Source: Takakia lepidozioides
Lineage: Eukaryota; Plantae; Bryophyta
Direction of reading: 5' to 3'
DNA: 64,000 bases
Assembly: GCA_030704615.1 (NCBI GenBank)
Contig: CM060732.1
Coordinates: forward strand, 47,740,001-47,804,000
A model generated the notes under the pieces. The model was not told the origin of the DNA and searched no databases. It saw only the letters and a list, made by a program, of their open reading frames with translations. The position numbers were made by a program, and so were the translations under genes. How positions within the stretch are numbered: the stretch's first letter is position 1; every line of letters starts with the position of its first letter. This document shows positions 62,373-64,000 of this stretch, piece by piece.

Positions 62373-63572
62373 TCAGGACTGAACAGAGAGTGCCTTTTCC
62401 TGATCCGGAGCGATAGGAATCAATTGTCGCCGCCGCAGTTTACACCACAATCCAGCCTTGGTGTGTATGGTGGCTCCTGTCACAAGCTCCACCTCTTCAG
62501 GAGAGCCTCGCAGCTCCACATCAAACTTTTGCAGCAGCATGGTCAGGGCCACTGTGGACTCCATCAATGCAAATTGGTCTCCAACACACTTGCGAGGTCC
62601 CCCTCCAAAAGGCAAGAATGCAAAATCTGCCATCACCTGTATTTTGGAACAGGACACAGCAACATGACATTCAAGGACATCGGGAGGGTGTGGTTACAGA
62701 GACCAGCGTGATTTAACCTTGCTACTAGTAGGTGGTCAGTCTGATAACTTCTTCTGTGACCAGCTCTTTCCCTGGGGACCTCATGTACCTCGCCAAGACT
62801 GGATGTGTAGACCATGGAACTACATTGGGAAGCAAGTTATGTGCATCTTACACACACAGAATTTCATCCTTGCCTCTGAAAGACGTCAGTGCTGGAGTTT
62901 GGTGCGTAAATTTAGACTCACGAGTAGTAGTCTCCACTGGGAAGTTAAACACATGTTATGGTCCAGGATTGTGTGTCAGAGTTCAAGTCGTGTACCATTT
63001 GACATGAAACCCCAGAATATTTACTATTCCACAAATGTTTCTAATAAATGGGTCACCTGACTAAAAGGTTTTCAGGGCATCTTTCCAAAGAATAGCTAGC
63101 TGCTTGTTTTCTAGTTCTGGGCTTGGTGAATAAAAGTGAACCAATGCTTCCAAATTGACACGAGTGGCCTAGACAATCCTTTGTGTAACTTCAGGAAGAC
63201 TCTGTTGTCTCAGAGTCACTGACCACCTCATAAGCATTCGTAAAATAATATGCCGAGTCAACATCTACCAGGGTCTAACAGACCTCATTCTTCAACAAGC
63301 AGTATGTGAAAGCACCCACTTGCCAGTAGCTTTCAATAAATTTCAACATGAGAGAGGGATAATCACATAAACATAAACAGCGACACAGACAAATGGCAGG
63401 TGAAGTGTAAGCACAGACAAACCTCATTCGGATAGAGGGCTCCTTGACCTCGAGTGGGATCAAAGCCAGCCCAACCCTTAATGCCCTCATTAGTTCTGGA
63501 CTTCAGGAACCTCTCAGGTTTGAACTTCTCTGGTTCCTCCCAGAAATGAGGCGACCTATGCAGGTTGTACAC
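62373..63572 (-). CDS. CYP97B: Cytochrome P450 CYP97B (carotenoid hydroxylase family), last two exons (63572-63423, 62636-62373); gene continues beyond the window
   Basis: [28 protein letters not shown], then [37 protein letters not shown]. Has the heme-binding Cys motif and the CYP97B-type GWAGFDP insertion. Confidence 0.92.
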
Positions 63573-64000
63573 CTGTCACAAAACATATCTTGTTACAGCT
63601 TGCAACCAAACGTACAGCCTTCACCAAAACAATGAGGCCAGAAGTTGTCTCCACATCCAAGGAGAGCCCACGACACTACAAGGCAGTGAGTGATACCCAC
63701 TGGTCTGCGAGCATGCGTACAAGCATCAGAACTAGAATCATTGGTCCAGCTGGTATTGAATTTCTCTTTCCAAATCCTCATGTATCAAGTTCCAGTAAAA
63801 CATGGGGGCTCAGCCAAGTTTGAAAGGGTCAGATATAATATCCCACAAAACATGCATTTGGCTGTGCTCGAAGGGAGCCACATCAGTTTAAGCAAAGCTA
63901 AAAACCACACTAGTCAGACAAAACAAGGGCTTCTATATCTGAAGTCATCCAATGTAAAAATTCCAGTTTCTGCCCATCAGAACAACAAGGTTTCAGAGAT

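Overview
Eukaryotic nuclear DNA from a seed-free land plant, most likely a bryophyte or lycophyte. This is inferred from spliceosomal introns, PLS-class PPR repeats, CYP97B and the axonemal gene CCDC40, which implies flagellated sperm. Apparently intact genes: an A20/AN1 zinc-finger SAP gene (20935-21441, -), CCDC40 (38203-44882, -) and the last two exons of CYP97B (62373-63572, -). The first 20 kb is mostly pseudogenes: a PDF-motif/PPR chimera running into LACS exons, and a head-to-head pair of an mRNA cap N7-methyltransferase and a POMP/UMP1 gene. Transposons are abundant: a near full-length RTEX-like LINE, L1 fragments, two restriction-like-endonuclease (Dualen-like) LINE 3' ends, tRNA-derived SINEs and Tourist-like MITEs. 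The standout is a ~11.9 kb Ty3/Gypsy LTR retroelement (47299-59206, -). Its polyprotein carries a DNMT3-like C5-cytosine methyltransferase between protease and RT, and a PHD finger after integrase. It also shows a Tf1-like self-priming PBS, a duplicated integrase and circularly permuted (split) terminal repeats. This copy is inactivated by stops and rearrangement. All calls come from reading the sequence by eye; no searches were run.
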